A DNA stretch of 64,000 nt from an uncultured delta proteobacterium (GTDB taxonomy: Bacteria; Myxococcota_A; Polyangia; Fen-1088): assembly GCA_963737265.1 (NCBI GenBank), contig CAVTRY010000007.1, positions 384,001 to 448,000 on the forward strand, read 5' to 3'. The notes beneath the pieces were generated by a model. That model was not told the DNA's origin. It ran no database searches and saw only the letters and a program-made list of their open reading frames with translations. Both the position numbers and the translations under genes were made by a program. Numbering within the stretch: position 1 is the first letter of the stretch; every line of letters starts with the position of its first letter. Shown here in pieces: positions 62,857 through 64,000 of this stretch.

Positions 62857-64000
62857 GCCACGCTGCCTCTTGCCGCGTGATTTGCTCCCGCATCTCCGGG
62901 CGGTCTCCGGCGCGCCCGCCAGCCGTTGCTGCGCGAACCTGGAGATGGCCTGGCTGACCGGGTGGCCGGGGCTGTCCAGCGTGATGGGCGTGCCCTTGTT
63001 GATCGAGATGGGCACGGCACGGCTGGACGGGATATGCGCGGAGATCGGGCAGCGCACCACCCGCTCTACGTGCTCGAGGCTCAGCCCCACCTTGGAATCC
63101 GAGCGGTTGACCACCACCGAGCGGATCTGCCTCGGGTAGGACAGCAGGTCCAGCATGTCCAGCGTGACCCGAAGGTTCTTCAGCGCGGGCACGTCCGGCG
63201 TGGTGAGCAGGACGAGCTGCGACGGAGACGTCCATCGCGGTGAGCACGTGCTCGCTGAACTGGGCCGGGGTGTCCACCACGATGAAGTCGAACATGGTGC
63301 GCAGGACGGCGAGCAGCTCCCCGACCAGTCGCGGCGGGATCTTTTCCGCGTCGCCGGGGGTGACGGGCGCCAGCAGCATGTCCAGGCCCGGCTGGTAGCG
63401 GGTCAGCAGGGAGGCGGCGCCGGTGACATCCAGGTGGCCTGCCATCGGCAGCGCGTCCACCATCGTCCGCACCGGGTCGAGCTGGACGCTGATCGCCACG
63501 TCGCCGAACGCCAGGTCGAGGTCCACCACGCACACGCGGCTGGCCTGCCTGGCCAGCGCCACGCCGAGATTGATCGCCAGCGTGGTCTTGCCACAGCCGC
63601 CCTTGGCGGCGAACACGGTGACGATCTGGCCCGGCGTCGACTCGTCCTCGACGGGCGGCGTGAGCATCCGCCGCGACACCTCGTAGGAGCGGCGGCAGGC
63701 GGCCGCCAGCGCGGCATGGTCCCCCACGGGGACGACCTCGCGCACCCCGGACTGCAGCGCCTGGGTCAGCAGGGTGACGTCGACCTCCTTGCGGGCCAGG
63801 ATCACGCCCACGGCCGGCCGGGCCAGCCGCAGCGCCGCGCTGAACGCCAGCGCGTCGCCGATCGGCCGCCCGCGGGCCGATCACCACCAGGGTCTCGTTT
63901 GGGTCGTTGTCCAGCAGCTTGGCCGCGGCACCCAGGGTATCCGCGACGCGTACCTCGCCGCCGATGCTGTGGATCAGCTCTCCGGGCGCTGGAGGTGGGC
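62853..64000 (-). CDS. cpaE: CpaE/TadZ receiver-like plus MinD/ParA ATPase, 5' truncated
   Basis: QALQSGVREV, AKGGCGKTT, VDLDLAFGD, VVDTP, VVNR. Confidence 0.9.

Overview
The window is not one continuous genome region. It looks like four unrelated soil-type bacterial fragments joined end to end, with junctions near 10307, 42577 and 48600 where genes are cut mid-domain. Many housekeeping genes carry single-base frameshifts typical of uncorrected long reads. Taxonomic labels are inferred from gene content and style. (1) 1-10306, very high-GC actinobacterium (Acidimicrobiia-like): GH4 glycosidase, beta-propeller proteins, NagB, alpha/beta hydrolase, ABC binding protein, TauD-type dioxygenase and several tandem repeats. 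(2) 10307-42577, Acidobacteria-like: PilZ, HtrA, DUF2207/LemA, VWA, Tag, MoxR, HtpX, a cupredoxin/metallophosphoesterase/DUF2231 module beside tRNA-Glu, a GH18-NodB-GT2 fusion, hflX-hfq, metK-ahcY and many REP-like palindromes. (3) 42578-48600, alphaproteobacterium: DD-carboxypeptidase, UDG, crotonase, GH3, MsrA. (4) 48600-64000, filamentous actinomycete-like: aromatic acyl-CoA genes, an ArsR/repeat-protein cassette, APC permease and a Tad pilus locus. No CRISPR array, integrase or transposase is visible. Best leads: a candidate Hfq-type sRNA starting with an anti-Shine-Dalgarno seed (30941-31024); a structured metK leader that I cannot match to SAM/SAH riboswitch classes; a duplicated ECF-type promoter on the tRNA-linked copper module with 11-6-11 repeats at its far end; and a GH4 with an unusual CAEI motif behind an 11-bp repeat array.
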